Shown here: piece by piece, positions 20,172 to 31,250 of the stretch
How positions within the stretch are numbered: position 1 is the first letter of the stretch
How the letters are laid out: each line of letters opens with the position of its first letter
NCBI GenBank assembly: GCA_963677595.1
Contig: OY782041.1
Coordinates: 2,464,001 to 2,528,000 of the forward strand
DNA: 64,000 nt
Direction: 5' to 3'
DNA from: Spirochaetia bacterium
GTDB taxonomy: Bacteria; Spirochaetota; Spirochaetia; CAKZLE01
The notes under the pieces: model-generated
Seen by the model: the letters and a program-made list of their open reading frames with translations, nothing else
Told to the model about the DNA's origin: nothing
Databases searched by the model: none
Translations under genes and position numbers: made by a program

Positions 20172-22091
20172 ATGGGAAGGATAATTGGAATTGACCTTGG
20201 AACAACGAACTCATGTGTTGCAGTGATGGAGGGGGGGGAACCTGTTGTCATCCAGAACTCAGAAGGACAGCGAACGACTCCATCGATCGTCGGTTTCACC
20301 GCCAAGGGTGAACGACTGGTCGGACAGCCCGCAAAGAACCAGATCGTGACGAACCCGGAGAACACCATCTTCTCTATCAAGAGATTCATGGGGCGAAGGT
20401 TCGGGGAAGTACCTTCCGAGATCTCAATGGTGCCCTATTCGGTCAAGTCAGGATCAGGGAATGAAGTGCGGGTAGAAGCCCAGGGTAAGGACTATTCTCC
20501 TCAGGAGATCTCTGCAGCCGTCCTGCAGAAGATGAAGCAGACCGCTGAGGATTATCTCGGCGAGACAGTGACCGAAGCGGTCATCACCGTCCCTGCCTAC
20601 TTCAACGATGCACAGCGACAGGCAACCAAGGATGCCGGAAAGATCGCAGGGCTCGAGGTCAAGAGGATCGTTAATGAGCCGACTGCCGCCTCACTGGCAT
20701 ACGGGTTCGGTAAGGATACCACCAAGGATGAGAAGATCGCGGTATACGACCTCGGCGGCGGTACCTTCGATATATCGATCCTCGAACTCGGTGACGGGGT
20801 GTTCGAAGTGAAGTCCACCAATGGTGATACCCACCTCGGCGGTGACAACTTCGACCATAAGATCATGGACTGGCTGATCGAGACCTTCAAGTCCGATACC
20901 GGTATCGACCTCTCAAAGGACCGTATGGCCCTCCAGAGGCTCAGGGAAGCAGCAGAGAAAGCAAAGATCGAGCTCTCAAGCCGACAGCAGACCGATATAA
21001 ACCTGCCGTTCATCACCGCTGATGCAAGCGGGCCGAAGCACCTCCAGGTCTCACTGACCAGGGCAAAGTTCGAGCAGATGGTCGGGGAACTGATCCAGCG
21101 GACGAAGAATCCCTGCCTCAAGGCGATCAAGGATGCCGGGCTCTCAGCAAGCGACATCGACGAGGTCATCCTCGTCGGCGGTTCGACCCGTATCCCGGCT
21201 GTCCAGGAACTGGTGAAGGAACTCTTCAAGAAGGCTCCCAACAAGAGCGTGAACCCTGATGAGGTCGTTGCCATGGGTGCCGCGATCCAGGGAGGTATCC
21301 TCGGTGGGGACGTCAAGGATGTCCTGCTCCTCGATGTTACCCCGCTCTCACTCGGGATCGAGACACTCGGCGGTGTGTTCACCAAGCTCATCGAGCGGAA
21401 CACGACCATCCCGACACGAAAGAGCCAGATCTTCTCGACGGCTGCCGACAGCCAGACTGCCGTTTCCATCCACGTACTCCAGGGTGAGCGCGAGATGGCG
21501 AACCAGAACAGGACACTCGGGAACTTCGACCTGATCGGCATCCCAGCGGCGCCGAGGGGCGTACCCCAGATCGAGGTCACCTTCGATATCGACGCGAACG
21601 GCATCGTCCACGTATCAGCGAAGGACCTGGGCACCGGCAAAGAGCAGAAGATCAGGATCGAGTCATCCTCGGGTCTCTCCGATGATGAGATCGACAAGAT
21701 GGTCAAGGATGCAGAACTGCATGCCGAAGAGGATAAGGCCGAGAGGGAGAAGATCGAGGTAACGAACCAGGCAGACAACCTGATCTACTCGACCGAGAAG
21801 TCACTCAAGGACTACGGGGACAAGATCTCCTCCGAAGAGCAGGATGCGATCAAGAGCGCCTCAGAGGAGCTCAAGGCGTCCTTGGCATCAGGTGATGTGG
21901 AACAGATCAAGGCGAAGATGGAGGCTTTACAGCAGGCATCCTACAAACTGGCCGAAGAGGTCTACAAACAGGCCGCACCTGACCAGGGCGGAGCCCCGGG
22001 AGCAGGTGCCTCTGCAGCACAGAACGACCAGCCGGCAAAAGACGACAATGTCGAAGATGCAGATTTCGAAGTCGTCGATGATGACAACTAG
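20172..22091 (+). CDS. dnaK: Chaperone DnaK
   Basis: [25 protein letters not shown] and [10 protein letters not shown]. Confidence 0.98.
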   Translation: MGRIIGIDLGTTNSCVAVMEGGEPVVIQNSEGQRTTPSIVGFTAKGERLVGQPAKNQIVTNPENTIFSIKRFMGRRFGEVPSEISMVPYSVKSGSGNEVRVEAQGKDYSPQEISAAVLQKMKQTAEDYLGETVTEAVITVPAYFNDAQRQATKDAGKIAGLEVKRIVNEPTAASLAYGFGKDTTKDEKIAVYDLGGGTFDISILELGDGVFEVKSTNGDTHLGGDNFDHKIMDWLIETFKSDTGIDLSKDRMALQRLREAAEKAKIELSSRQQTDINLPFITADASGPKHLQVSLTRAKFEQMVGELIQRTKNPCLKAIKDAGLSASDIDEVILVGGSTRIPAVQELVKELFKKAPNKSVNPDEVVAMGAAIQGGILGGDVKDVLLLDVTPLSLGIETLGGVFTKLIERNTTIPTRKSQIFSTAADSQTAVSIHVLQGEREMANQNRTLGNFDLIGIPAAPRGVPQIEVTFDIDANGIVHVSAKDLGTGKEQKIRIESSSGLSDDEIDKMVKDAELHAEEDKAEREKIEVTNQADNLIYSTEKSLKDYGDKISSEEQDAIKSASEELKASLASGDVEQIKAKMEALQQASYKLAEEVYKQAAPDQGGAPGAGASAAQNDQPAKDDNVEDADFEVVDDDN

Positions 22092-22114
22092 AGTATAAAG
22101 GAAGTTCGAGAACC

Positions 22115-23224
22115 TTGAGTAAACGAGATTATTATGAGGTGTTGGGAGTCCAGAAAGGGGCTGCCGACGATGAGATCAAGAAGGCCTATCGCAAGCTGGC
22201 GATCAAGTACCACCCGGATAAGAATCCTGGGGACCATAAGGCTGAGGAGGCTTTCAAGGAAGCTACCGAAGCCTATGAGGTCCTGAGCAACCAGCAGAAA
22301 CGTCAGGCATACGACCAGTTCGGGTTCGCCGGTGTCGACGGGATGAACGGGGGACAGCATGACTACTCGTCAGTCTTCCGGGACTTCAGCGACATCTTCG
22401 GCGATTTCGGCGGGATCTTCGACTCCTTCTTCGGCGGCGGGGGCAGGGCCTCTGCCGGCAGGGGGGGGCCGGCCCATGGGGCCAACCTGCGCTATAACCT
22501 GGACATCGACTTCAAGGATGCGGTCTTCGGCACCAAGGCTGAGATCTCGTACTCAAGGAACGTCTCCTGTTCGACCTGCGGTGGTTCAGGGGGCTCAGGG
22601 AAGAAGGTCTGCCCGACCTGCGGCGGTACCGGCCAGGTCAGGAGGAACTCCGGTTTCTTCTCGATCGCCTCTACCTGCCCGAGCTGCAACGGTGAGGGGT
22701 TCGTCATCGAGAACCCCTGTACCCAGTGCCATGGGAAGGGTGTCAACAAGAAGCAGCAGAAGATCAAGGTCACCATCCCCGCCGGGATCGATTCCGGGAA
22801 ACGGATCAGCATCCCCGGGCAGGGTGATGCCGGCCCCAACGGCGGCCCCGCGGGCGACCTCTATGTCTATGTCACCGTCAGGCCGCATAAGTACTTCGAG
22901 CGGGACGGGAATGACCTCTACTGCGTGATCCCGATCTCCCTGACCCAGGCGTCCTTAGGTGCCGAGATCGAAGTGAACACTATCGATGAGAAACGGGTGA
23001 AGATCAAGATACCGGCAGGTGTGCAGAACGGGAAGATCCTGAGGCTGAAGAATCGAGGGGTCCCGTTCCTCCACAACACTGATCGGCGAGGGGATATGTA
23101 CATCAAGCTGCATATCCAGATCCCGAAACGGGTTTCCTCAAAGGCTAAGGCCCTGCTCAGGGAGTTGGCTGATGTGATAGGTGAGGATGGCAAGCCGGAC
23201 CCCGTTCCTTTGTCAGAGTTATAA
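22115..23224 (+). CDS. dnaJ: Chaperone DnaJ
   Basis: J domain with HPD, G/F region and four CxxCxGxG repeats. Confidence 0.97.
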   Translation: MSKRDYYEVLGVQKGAADDEIKKAYRKLAIKYHPDKNPGDHKAEEAFKEATEAYEVLSNQQKRQAYDQFGFAGVDGMNGGQHDYSSVFRDFSDIFGDFGGIFDSFFGGGGRASAGRGGPAHGANLRYNLDIDFKDAVFGTKAEISYSRNVSCSTCGGSGGSGKKVCPTCGGTGQVRRNSGFFSIASTCPSCNGEGFVIENPCTQCHGKGVNKKQQKIKVTIPAGIDSGKRISIPGQGDAGPNGGPAGDLYVYVTVRPHKYFERDGNDLYCVIPISLTQASLGAEIEVNTIDEKRVKIKIPAGVQNGKILRLKNRGVPFLHNTDRRGDMYIKLHIQIPKRVSSKAKALLRELADVIGEDGKPDPVPLSEL

Positions 23225-23227
23225 CAT

Positions 23228-23962
23228 ATGTCAGAATTGATCATTGGGTTCCATCCCATCGAAGAGGCCCTGAAGACAGCAGGGCCCTCGTCTGTCCTCT
23301 ATATCGAGCAGGGCGGGGAGAACAAGCGGAACAGCCTGCTCTCCAAGCTCGCCGGTTCCAACCAGGTCTCGGTAAAGCGTGTCCCGCTGGCTGAACTCAC
23401 CCGGATGGTGGGGAAACAGGCTAAGCACAAGGGTGCGATCCTCCTCTACAGCCCGAAACCGGTCGCTGCGAAGAAGCTGGATATCAAGGAGTACCTCGAG
23501 CAGCTCGGTGAGAAGAAGGATGCACTCGTCCTCTTCCTCGACGGGATCACCGATCCCCAGAACCTGGGGGCTATCCTCAGGAGCGCCGACCTCTTCGGGG
23601 TCGACCTGGTAGTCGTCCCGGAACGGAGGAGTGCGAGCCAGAACACCACCGTCATGAAGGTATCGGCAGGGGCTGCACGGTATGTCCCGGTCGTGACCGT
23701 CAAGAACCTGGTCCGTGAGATGCAGCAGATGCAGGAGCAGGGCTTCTGGTTCTATGGTGCCGATATGGGCGGGGAGGATGTCGCCTCTGTCAAGATGACC
23801 GGGCGGGTCGCACTGGTCCTCGGTTCCGAGGGTGACGGGCTCAGCAGGCTCGTCCGTGAGACCTGCGACCGTATCGTGGCGATCCCGATCTCGGGGCACA
23901 TAGACTCCCTGAACGTCTCAGTGGCGGCAGGTATCCTGCTCTACGAGGTCCGCAGGGCATAA
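23228..23962 (+). CDS. rlmB: 23S rRNA (guanosine-2'-O)-methyltransferase RlmB (SpoU family)
   Basis: DPQNLGAILRSA, LGSEG.GL and SLNVSVAAGILLYE. Confidence 0.88.
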   Translation: MSELIIGFHPIEEALKTAGPSSVLYIEQGGENKRNSLLSKLAGSNQVSVKRVPLAELTRMVGKQAKHKGAILLYSPKPVAAKKLDIKEYLEQLGEKKDALVLFLDGITDPQNLGAILRSADLFGVDLVVVPERRSASQNTTVMKVSAGAARYVPVVTVKNLVREMQQMQEQGFWFYGADMGGEDVASVKMTGRVALVLGSEGDGLSRLVRETCDRIVAIPISGHIDSLNVSVAAGILLYEVRRA

Positions 23963-23980
23963 CAGTCCCGCTCCAGCAAT

Positions 23981-24019
23981 AAAAAAGACGATGGCTCTTA
24001 TAGTCATCGTCTTTTTTTT
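23981..24019. terminator. Bidirectional intrinsic terminator between rlmB and the purD-like gene
   Basis: AAAAAAGACGATGGCT-cttat-AGTCATCGTCTTTTTTTT. Confidence 0.85.
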
Positions 24020-24032
24020 GGCGTTCGGTTCT

Positions 24033-25298
24033 CTAGTCGCTGAAGAACCTGTTCCCGATGTCAGGCCGGCACCATGCCCCCTCATAGGAAATATCGTCGA
24101 CGGCAGCATAGGCGGCGCTGTTCGCCTCGATGATATTGGTGCCGAGACCGACGACCGTGAAGCATCTTCCGCCGTTGGTGAGCAGCCGGTCATCAGCCTT
24201 CTCCACAGCCCCGTAGAAGACGATGGAACGGTCGATCACCAGGTTGCAGGAAGCCATCGGCGTGATGGACACTTCCTTGCCCACGGCAGGGTCTGCAGGG
24301 TACCCCTCGCTGGCGATGACGACTGCTACCGCTGACTGGTTGGAGACCTTCAGGTTGAATTCCGAGATCTTCCCGATCTGCAGGGCATCGAGCATGTCGA
24401 TGAAATCAGAGTTGATGAGCGGGATCATCGCCTGGGTGGCGGGGTCGTTGAACCGGACATGGTAGTCGACGAGTTTCGGGCCGTTGTCGGTCAGGATGAG
24501 GGAGAAGATCAGGACTCCCTGGTAGGCGAGGTCCTCCTCCTTCATCCCCTTCAGGGTCGGTTCCACGATATGGTCTATGATCTCCTGCCGGCTTCCCTGG
24601 TTGAGGACCGGGACCGGGCAGATGGATCCCATACCCCCGGTAGCCGCACCCTTGCCGAACTCCTCGGCTTTCGTGTACTCCGTACCGATGGGGAGCATGA
24701 GGTAGCTGTCACCGTCGGTGAGGATCGTCAGGGTGAGGGGCATGCCCTTGAGGTGCTCCTCGATGAGGACCTCATCCTGTTTGAGCAGTTCGTTCCCGAA
24801 GGCCTTCAGGTCATCGGGATCCGATGAGTCGAGCATCACCCGGCTCGGGGCGAGTCCGTTCTTCTTGATCACCAGCCGCTTCCCCGGGTTCTGGGCGATA
24901 TAGTCGGCAAGCTCCTGCGGGCTGCCTACCACCGCGTGGTCCGGGATGGGGATGTCATGCCTCGTGATGAAGTCCCTGGCAAATGACCGGTTGCTCTCGA
25001 GCCGTGCAGCCTTCTTGGTAGCCCCGAAGGTCATGATCCCCTCGTAGAGCAGGGCATCGACGACCCCGGTCATGATCGGTTCCTCGGTACCGACGAACAC
25101 GATATCGATCATATGGTCCTTGCAGGCCTTGATCACCGACTGCGGGTCGGACGGGTCTACCTCGGGGAGGTTCCTTCCCAGGGCCGCAGTCCCCGCATTA
25201 CCGGGAGCGATGAAGAGGCCTGATATACGTTTGCTCTTGGAGAATTTCCATGTGATGGCATGGTCCTTTGCGCCTGATCCTAATACTAGAACTTTCAA
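24033..25298 (-). CDS. purD: PurD-like ATP-grasp ligase (divergent phosphoribosylamine-glycine ligase homologue)
   Basis: Overall PurD architecture (APGNAG, TGGMG, VRFxDP, TNGGR, R.DIG), but many conserved motifs are altered. Confidence 0.75.
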   Translation of the reverse strand: MKVLVLGSGAKDHAITWKFSKSKRISGLFIAPGNAGTAALGRNLPEVDPSDPQSVIKACKDHMIDIVFVGTEEPIMTGVVDALLYEGIMTFGATKKAARLESNRSFARDFITRHDIPIPDHAVVGSPQELADYIAQNPGKRLVIKKNGLAPSRVMLDSSDPDDLKAFGNELLKQDEVLIEEHLKGMPLTLTILTDGDSYLMLPIGTEYTKAEEFGKGAATGGMGSICPVPVLNQGSRQEIIDHIVEPTLKGMKEEDLAYQGVLIFSLILTDNGPKLVDYHVRFNDPATQAMIPLINSDFIDMLDALQIGKISEFNLKVSNQSAVAVVIASEGYPADPAVGKEVSITPMASCNLVIDRSIVFYGAVEKADDRLLTNGGRCFTVVGLGTNIIEANSAAYAAVDDISYEGAWCRPDIGNRFFSD

Positions 25299-25386
25299 CT
25301 CAAATGCTCCTCATGGATGATGGGATACAAAGCTCTTGAAGCTGGCATGACTGAAGGGAACCTGCTTTGCAATTCACAAAACACTA

Positions 25387-26385
25387 TCATTCAAGAGGTT
25401 CTTGGTCAAGAGTGAGGATACGGTGGTAATCGGCTCTTGAGGCCGCATGGATGACTTCCGCACGCAGGGACGCAGCCCCCCCCGGCAGCCCCTTCGTATA
25501 GGCGCAGACCTGCTTTCGCATCTCCCTGCAGGCAGCGTCTTCGCCCTTGTCGAGGATCGTCGCCTCAAGCTGTTCGAGGATGCGGCGGTAGCGCAGTTCC
25601 CTCGGGGGAGCAGGGAGCTCCGTCCCAGTGGTCAGCAGTGCCTTCGTTCGTGAGAAGATGAAGGGGTTCCCGATAGCGCCCCGGGCGAACATGAGTCCGT
25701 CCACACCCGTCTCCAGGAGCATGGATCTCGCGGCTTCCGGTGTCATCAGGTCCCCTGAGCCGAAGACGGGGACCGGGACATGCTCCTTGAGCTTCTTTAG
25801 GTGCTCCCAGTCGGCGGTTCCCGCATACCCCTGGGCACGGGTCCGTGCATGCATGGTGATCAGGGAGGCACCCCCTTCGACCGCCATGTCTGCCATCTGC
25901 AGGTAATTGACCGTCCCCGCAGTCATCCCGAGCCGGATCTTCACCGTCACGGGGACCCCGGTCTCTCTCACGAGGACCGAGACGATATCCCGTACCTTCT
26001 CCGGGTACTGGTGCAGTGCCGAGCCGGCACCTGTCTTGATCACCTTCGGGACCGGGCATCCGCAGTTGATATCGATGATCGTCGGCTCATACCGCATCAC
26101 CCCTTCAGCTGCCCGGCGGGCGACCTCTGCCTCGGGCATGAAGAGCTGGATCGCAAAGAGCTTCTCGGAGGGGGATCGTTCCATCAGCCGTCCGGTCTTC
26201 TCGTTGCCCCGTGCCACAGCCTCGGCTGATACCATCTCGCTGTAGGTGAGGTCAGCACCTTCGCGGATGCAGACCTCCCTGAACCCCTTGTCGGTAAAAC
26301 CGGCAAGGGGAGCTAGGAAGAGGTTGCCTCCGATGGTGATGTCCCCGATCGTGACCGGGTGGTAGAGCGTGGTATCTGTTCCCAT
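25387..26385 (-). CDS. dusB: tRNA-dihydrouridine synthase B
   Basis: LAPLAG, DINCGCPVPKV, VTVKIRLG, MHART and ARGAIGNP. Confidence 0.92.
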   Translation of the reverse strand: MGTDTTLYHPVTIGDITIGGNLFLAPLAGFTDKGFREVCIREGADLTYSEMVSAEAVARGNEKTGRLMERSPSEKLFAIQLFMPEAEVARRAAEGVMRYEPTIIDINCGCPVPKVIKTGAGSALHQYPEKVRDIVSVLVRETGVPVTVKIRLGMTAGTVNYLQMADMAVEGGASLITMHARTRAQGYAGTADWEHLKKLKEHVPVPVFGSGDLMTPEAARSMLLETGVDGLMFARGAIGNPFIFSRTKALLTTGTELPAPPRELRYRRILEQLEATILDKGEDAACREMRKQVCAYTKGLPGGAASLRAEVIHAASRADYHRILTLDQEPLE

Positions 26386-26401
26386 GGCTCCCTGGGGACG
26401 C

Positions 26402-27181
26402 TTATGCGTCTGCGGGCAGGTTGAAGACGCGGAGACTGTTCTGGTAGAGTGCCTCGGTGACCTCTTCGATCGGCTCGTCCCTGATCTCTGCCACGGCTTC
26501 AGCGACTTCGTTGAGGTAGGCGGGCTTGTTCCTCTTGCCCTTGTACCGTGACGGCACCATGAAGGGGCTCTCGGTCTCGATCAGGATACGGTCCATGGGA
26601 AGCCTGGCGGCGGTCTCATGAAGGTTCTTCGCGTTCCTGTAGGTGATGTTCCCCGCGAAGGAGACGTAGAGGTTCATGTCTATGGCCTTCTTCGCATAGT
26701 TCCAGTCCTCAGAGTAGCAGTGGAGGATCCCTCCCTTGTTGACAGGACGGTCCCGCAGGATGCTCATGATATCCTGCCCGGCTTCCCGGTTATGGATGAT
26801 GATGGGCAGCCCGTAGCTGTTCGCCATGTCGATCTGCCGGAGGAAGAGCTCGATCTGTGACTTCTTGTCACCGAACTTGCGGTAATAGTCCAGGCCGATC
26901 TCGCCGATGGCGACGATGCGGTCGAGGGAGACCCCTTTACGGATCTTCTCCTCCCAGTCCAGCCCGGGGTTCGCTACCTCTGAGGGGGAGACCCCGATAG
27001 CATGGTATACGCTGGCAGCAGTCTTGAGATTCTCGTAGATCTGGAAGAAGTCCCCAAGGCTGTTGCAGATGCTGACGATATGCTTGACGCCAGCCCGCTT
27101 TGCCCGTTGAATAATTAATAACTGTTCTATCTGATCTTCATGGATCAGACCGATGTGTGCGTGAGTATCAAAATACTGCAT
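26402..27181 (-). CDS. tatD: TatD-family hydrolase
   Basis: DTHAH, IGEIGLDYY, IHNREA and LHCYS motifs. ETESP replaces the usual ETDAP. Confidence 0.9.
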   Translation of the reverse strand: MQYFDTHAHIGLIHEDQIEQLLIIQRAKRAGVKHIVSICNSLGDFFQIYENLKTAASVYHAIGVSPSEVANPGLDWEEKIRKGVSLDRIVAIGEIGLDYYRKFGDKKSQIELFLRQIDMANSYGLPIIIHNREAGQDIMSILRDRPVNKGGILHCYSEDWNYAKKAIDMNLYVSFAGNITYRNAKNLHETAARLPMDRILIETESPFMVPSRYKGKRNKPAYLNEVAEAVAEIRDEPIEEVTEALYQNSLRVFNLPADA

Positions 27182-27520
27182 GTTACCTAACCAATGATAA
27201 TGTAAGATTTGGTGCCTTTCACAGGCATATACATAAGATAGCATTAAGGGGTTGAATCGTCAATTATATTTGACAATAATTTCTCTGCCCTGCTTCCTTC
27301 GGCACCGGCTTGGAATATTCTCGGTAATCTGTTAATATAGAAAAAGATAGGCAATTATACGGGGTGTCGGTCGGTGTGGATTCCTTATAGCTATATAAGG
27401 TGAACACTCTGCTTGCCAATGTGTGGAGTGAAAAAAGAACCTTGACCATCGCATGAATGCATGCTATGAAGAAGTTCATTGTACAAATAGAATTAGAGTG
27501 GATGAGATTTAATATAGATT

Positions 27521-28720
27521 ATGAGTAAACGACGAAACAGAAAAAGACCGGCCTCCTCTCAGGAACCCGCTCAGGAAGCAGCTCCTGAGAAGAGGCAGAA
27601 CAACAACTCCCGCCCGAGGCGGGATTCCCGCCAGAACAGCAGGAAAGACAAGGGCGTGAAGTATGACCATGCCCCGACCTATGTCTACATGGTTAAGAAC
27701 CAGAAGACGAGCGAGACCTACCTGTGCGGCTTTGAGGAGAGACTCGAGGCGGGGACCGCGGTGATCACGCCGACTCGGTACGGCCTCGATATGGGGACGA
27801 ACCTCGGGTACCTGAGGTCGAAGATGCTCTCATCGACAGTCGCCGAACTGGAGGCTGCAGGGGAGGAGTCAACCTTCATCGAGGAAGGCCGCGGCTGCGA
27901 AGGATGCAGCAACTGTGACGGGCAGCCCGAAGGACAGCCGGAAGCGCCTCAGGAAGAAGATGCGATCGAGGAGGAGCGCAAGGCCCTCTTCGAGAAAGCC
28001 CTGGAGCAGGAGAAGGCGGACCGGGACAAGGCCCTCAAGTCGCTCGACCGGATCGAACGCGTTGCCGATGACCATGACCTGATGCGCCACGCGGAGAATA
28101 TGGAGAAATCCCGGCAGGCGATGACGATCTGCAAGGATAAGATCAGGCAGCACAACCTCGACATGAAGCTGGTCGATGCCCACTACCTCCTGTGCGAGTC
28201 GAAAGTACTCTTCTTCTTCACCGCCGAGAACCGTGTCGATTTCAGGGAACTGGTGAAGGACCTGGTCTCCGTGTTCAGGATGCGGATCGAGCTGCGGCAG
28301 ATCGGGGTCAGGGATGAGTCCCGCGTCCTCGGGGGCCTCGGGGTCTGCGGCAGGGACTACTGCTGCCATGGCGTATCGGACCACCTGAGACCGGTATCGA
28401 TCAAGATGGCCAAGGAGCAGAACCTCTCCTTGAACTCGATGAAGATATCGGGGCCGTGCGGACGGCTGCTCTGCTGCCTGGCCTATGAATATGACTTCTA
28501 TAAAGAGGTGAAGTCGAAGCTCCCGTCGGTCGGGAACCGGCTGAAGATACGGAACGAGCTCCTGAAGATCAGCGAGGTGAACATCCTCTCGAGGAACTAT
28601 CACCTGACAGCGATGGATGGCAGGATGCTGACGATCCCCTTCGAAAAAGTCACATATGACAAGGAGAGCGGACGTTGGGACGTCGATAAGGATTATATTG
28701 AAGAAGTTTTGTCTGTATAA
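27521..28720 (+). CDS. ricT: PSP1 domain protein (RicT/YaaT-like)
   Basis: RVDFRELVKDL, RIELRQIGVRDE, G.CGR..CC and ISGPCGRLLCCLAYE. Confidence 0.88.
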   Translation: MSKRRNRKRPASSQEPAQEAAPEKRQNNNSRPRRDSRQNSRKDKGVKYDHAPTYVYMVKNQKTSETYLCGFEERLEAGTAVITPTRYGLDMGTNLGYLRSKMLSSTVAELEAAGEESTFIEEGRGCEGCSNCDGQPEGQPEAPQEEDAIEEERKALFEKALEQEKADRDKALKSLDRIERVADDHDLMRHAENMEKSRQAMTICKDKIRQHNLDMKLVDAHYLLCESKVLFFFTAENRVDFRELVKDLVSVFRMRIELRQIGVRDESRVLGGLGVCGRDYCCHGVSDHLRPVSIKMAKEQNLSLNSMKISGPCGRLLCCLAYEYDFYKEVKSKLPSVGNRLKIRNELLKISEVNILSRNYHLTAMDGRMLTIPFEKVTYDKESGRWDVDKDYIEEVLSV

Positions 28721-28858
28721 TGAGATATCTTTATTGACAGGTTTTCAACTCTATGATATTTTTTCTAACCGGTAGACAGAAGGATACTTAGTTTGGGTTT
28801 TATATAAATCCAGCATCATAAAGAATATAAACTAAGAGTACGTATTGGAGGATAATCC

Positions 28859-29122
28859 GTGGCAAATAATAAGTCAGCAGAGAAACGAAATCGACAGAAC
28901 GCTGCACGAAGAGAGCAGAACAGAAGGGCAAAGAGTACCATCAGGACAGCTACGAAGAAATTCAAGCTCGCAGTCGAGCAGAAAGATGCGGAGACCGCAT
29001 CCACCGAGCTTCGACAGGTGGTGAAGCTGATCGATACCTATGCAGGGAAGGGGCTCTACCACAAGGCTACCGCAGCTAGGAAGAAATCACGGCTCGCGGC
29101 ACAGTTGAACGGTCTCGCTTAA
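28859..29122 (+). CDS. rpsT: 30S ribosomal protein S20
   Basis: ANNKSAEKR..Q and KG..HK..AARKKSRL. Confidence 0.95.
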   Translation: MANNKSAEKRNRQNAARREQNRRAKSTIRTATKKFKLAVEQKDAETASTELRQVVKLIDTYAGKGLYHKATAARKKSRLAAQLNGLA

Positions 29123-29247
29123 GTACGAGTAGGACAAATCAAGGTCTGTTTATCAGGCTGTATACATCCTGCCTCAGACTCCCCCTCTCAGGCAGGTTGG
29201 TACCCGGCAGAGAATGCCAGATATATAGATGTAGATAAGGAGGGATT

Positions 29248-29550
29248 ATGGCATCCCGAAAACTCACCAAAGCGGAGATCATTGAAAGTGTCCATGAGAA
29301 ACTGGGCTTGAGCAGGTCTGATGTTCATCAGGTTATAGATGAGTTCTTCGTAGAACTGAAAGAAGGACTGGAAGATGACAAGGTCATCGAGCTTCGAGGG
29401 TTCGGAACCTTTGAGATCAGGACCCGGAAGGGCCGGGAACGGGCACGAAACCCGAAGACCGGAGAGATCGTAGCAGTGAACACCCACGGGGTCGCAGTCT
29501 TCAGGCCTGGAAAGGAACTGAAGGACCTGGCCTGGGACCTGCGCAAATAG
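29248..29550 (+). CDS. HU/IHF-family DNA-binding protein (Hbb-like)
   Basis: IELRGFGTFE, ARNPKTGE and FRPGKELK. Confidence 0.93.
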   Translation: MASRKLTKAEIIESVHEKLGLSRSDVHQVIDEFFVELKEGLEDDKVIELRGFGTFEIRTRKGRERARNPKTGEIVAVNTHGVAVFRPGKELKDLAWDLRK

Positions 29551-29579
29551 TTCGAAACATCCACTAATTGAGAGTTATC

Positions 29580-31250
29580 ATGACAGCAGCAGCTACCAGG
29601 ACATTGACTCACAAGAGACGAAGCCTCAGGACCTATGGTTCTGAGGTTTTGTTTTTATCAGTCGGGGCCTTATTGTTCGCCCTGGGGTTCCCGAGCTTCA
29701 TCTCGACCGAAGGGTTGGGGATCTTCGGGTTCATCGCACTCATCCCCGTGTTCGCCGTGATACGGAACGCCCCCTGGAAGGTCACCTGGCTCTATGGCTG
29801 GTTCTACGGCCTGACGAGCTACCTGATCTTCAACTACTGGCTCTCCAGCTTCCACCCCCTCGCGATATTCATCTCCCCGCTGGTCTTCAGTTTCTACGGT
29901 ATATTCCTCTTCCCCATCCTGAAACTCGCCGTCAGCCTCTTCCCGACCTACGGGTACCTGCTGCAGACGGCAATCTGGATCGGGTATGAGCTGCTGAGCA
30001 CGAAGGGCTTCTTCGGCTACGCATACGGGATCATGGGGTATACGCAGTACCGCTTCCTCCCCTTCATCCAGGTCTCATCGGTCTTCGGGGTCTGGGGAGT
30101 CAGCCTCATGACCGTCTTCCCGTCGATCCTCGTGGGGAACCTCGTCGGGAACATGCTCAACGGGTCGTTCGTCCTGAGGCGGCAGAACTTCCTTGCTTGG
30201 TTCCGCAGGCACCGGATCTCGATCTATGCTTATATCCTGCTCTTCATCGCCGTGCTGGTGTTCGGCTTCGTCACCATCGCCCGGAACGAGAAGGAGGAAC
30301 CGGACAGGCTCTGGCGGGTCGCCCTGGTCCAGCACAATGCCAACTCCTGGCTCGGGGGATTCACCACCTATGAACGGAACTTCAACAACCTCAGGAGGCT
30401 GAGCCTTGAGGCTATGGCTCACGGGGACCCTGAGATCATCATCTGGTCTGAGACAGCCTTCATCCCGGGGATCTACTGGCACAGTACCTACCAGACCGAT
30501 GAACGCATGTACGGCCTGGTACAGGAGTTCAAGCAGTTCGCCGAGGAACTCTCGATCCCGCTGCTGACCGGCAATGATGACGGACGCATCAAGGATGAGA
30601 CGAAGCCCCTCATAAACGAGGACGGGACCTACAACAGGATCGACTACAACGCGGTCGTCCTCTATGAGGACAACGAACTCGAGACCTCCTACCGGAAGCA
30701 GCACCTGGTGCCGATGACCGAGCACTTCCCCTATGAGAACATCTTCCCGCGGATCTACCAGTTCCTCCGGGACCACGACTACCACTTCTGGGAGAAGGGG
30801 ACCGAACCGACCGTCTTCGACGCCAATGACGGGGTGAAGTTCTCTACCCCGATCTGCTTCGAGGATATCTTCGGCTACCTCTCTGCCGGGTTCGTGAAGG
30901 CGGGAGCCGATGTCATCGTGAACATGACGAACGATTCCTGGTCCGGGTCTGTCGCTGCCGAGATGCAGCACAGCGCGATGGCGGTCTTCCGGGCAGTCGA
31001 GAACCGCAGGTCGGTAGTCCGGGGGACCAACTCCGGGATGACCTGGGTGATCGACCCGACTGGGGAGGTCCTCGATGAGATGGACCCGTTCATCAAGGGC
31101 TACCTCAATACGGAAGTCCCGATCTATACCTATGCCGATACCATCTACACGAAGTATGTCGACTGGTTCGCCAAGCTCATGATCTATATCTCCATCGCCG
31201 GGATCGCTGCCGGGGCCTGGATCTGGCTGAGACGAAGGTATATCAGGTGA
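29580..31250 (+). CDS. lnt: Apolipoprotein N-acyltransferase
   Basis: TM region followed by the nitrilase triad WSET, YRKQHLVP and ICFED, plus NDSW and RAVENR. Confidence 0.92.
   Translation: MTAAATRTLTHKRRSLRTYGSEVLFLSVGALLFALGFPSFISTEGLGIFGFIALIPVFAVIRNAPWKVTWLYGWFYGLTSYLIFNYWLSSFHPLAIFISPLVFSFYGIFLFPILKLAVSLFPTYGYLLQTAIWIGYELLSTKGFFGYAYGIMGYTQYRFLPFIQVSSVFGVWGVSLMTVFPSILVGNLVGNMLNGSFVLRRQNFLAWFRRHRISIYAYILLFIAVLVFGFVTIARNEKEEPDRLWRVALVQHNANSWLGGFTTYERNFNNLRRLSLEAMAHGDPEIIIWSETAFIPGIYWHSTYQTDERMYGLVQEFKQFAEELSIPLLTGNDDGRIKDETKPLINEDGTYNRIDYNAVVLYEDNELETSYRKQHLVPMTEHFPYENIFPRIYQFLRDHDYHFWEKGTEPTVFDANDGVKFSTPICFEDIFGYLSAGFVKAGADVIVNMTNDSWSGSVAAEMQHSAMAVFRAVENRRSVVRGTNSGMTWVIDPTGEVLDEMDPFIKGYLNTEVPIYTYADTIYTKYVDWFAKLMIYISIAGIAAGAWIWLRRRYIR

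Noticed and set aside
20597-21778. 393-aa ORF antisense to dnaK
   Set aside because: Well-known shadow ORF of dnaK (often mis-annotated as glutamate dehydrogenase), caused by codon bias.
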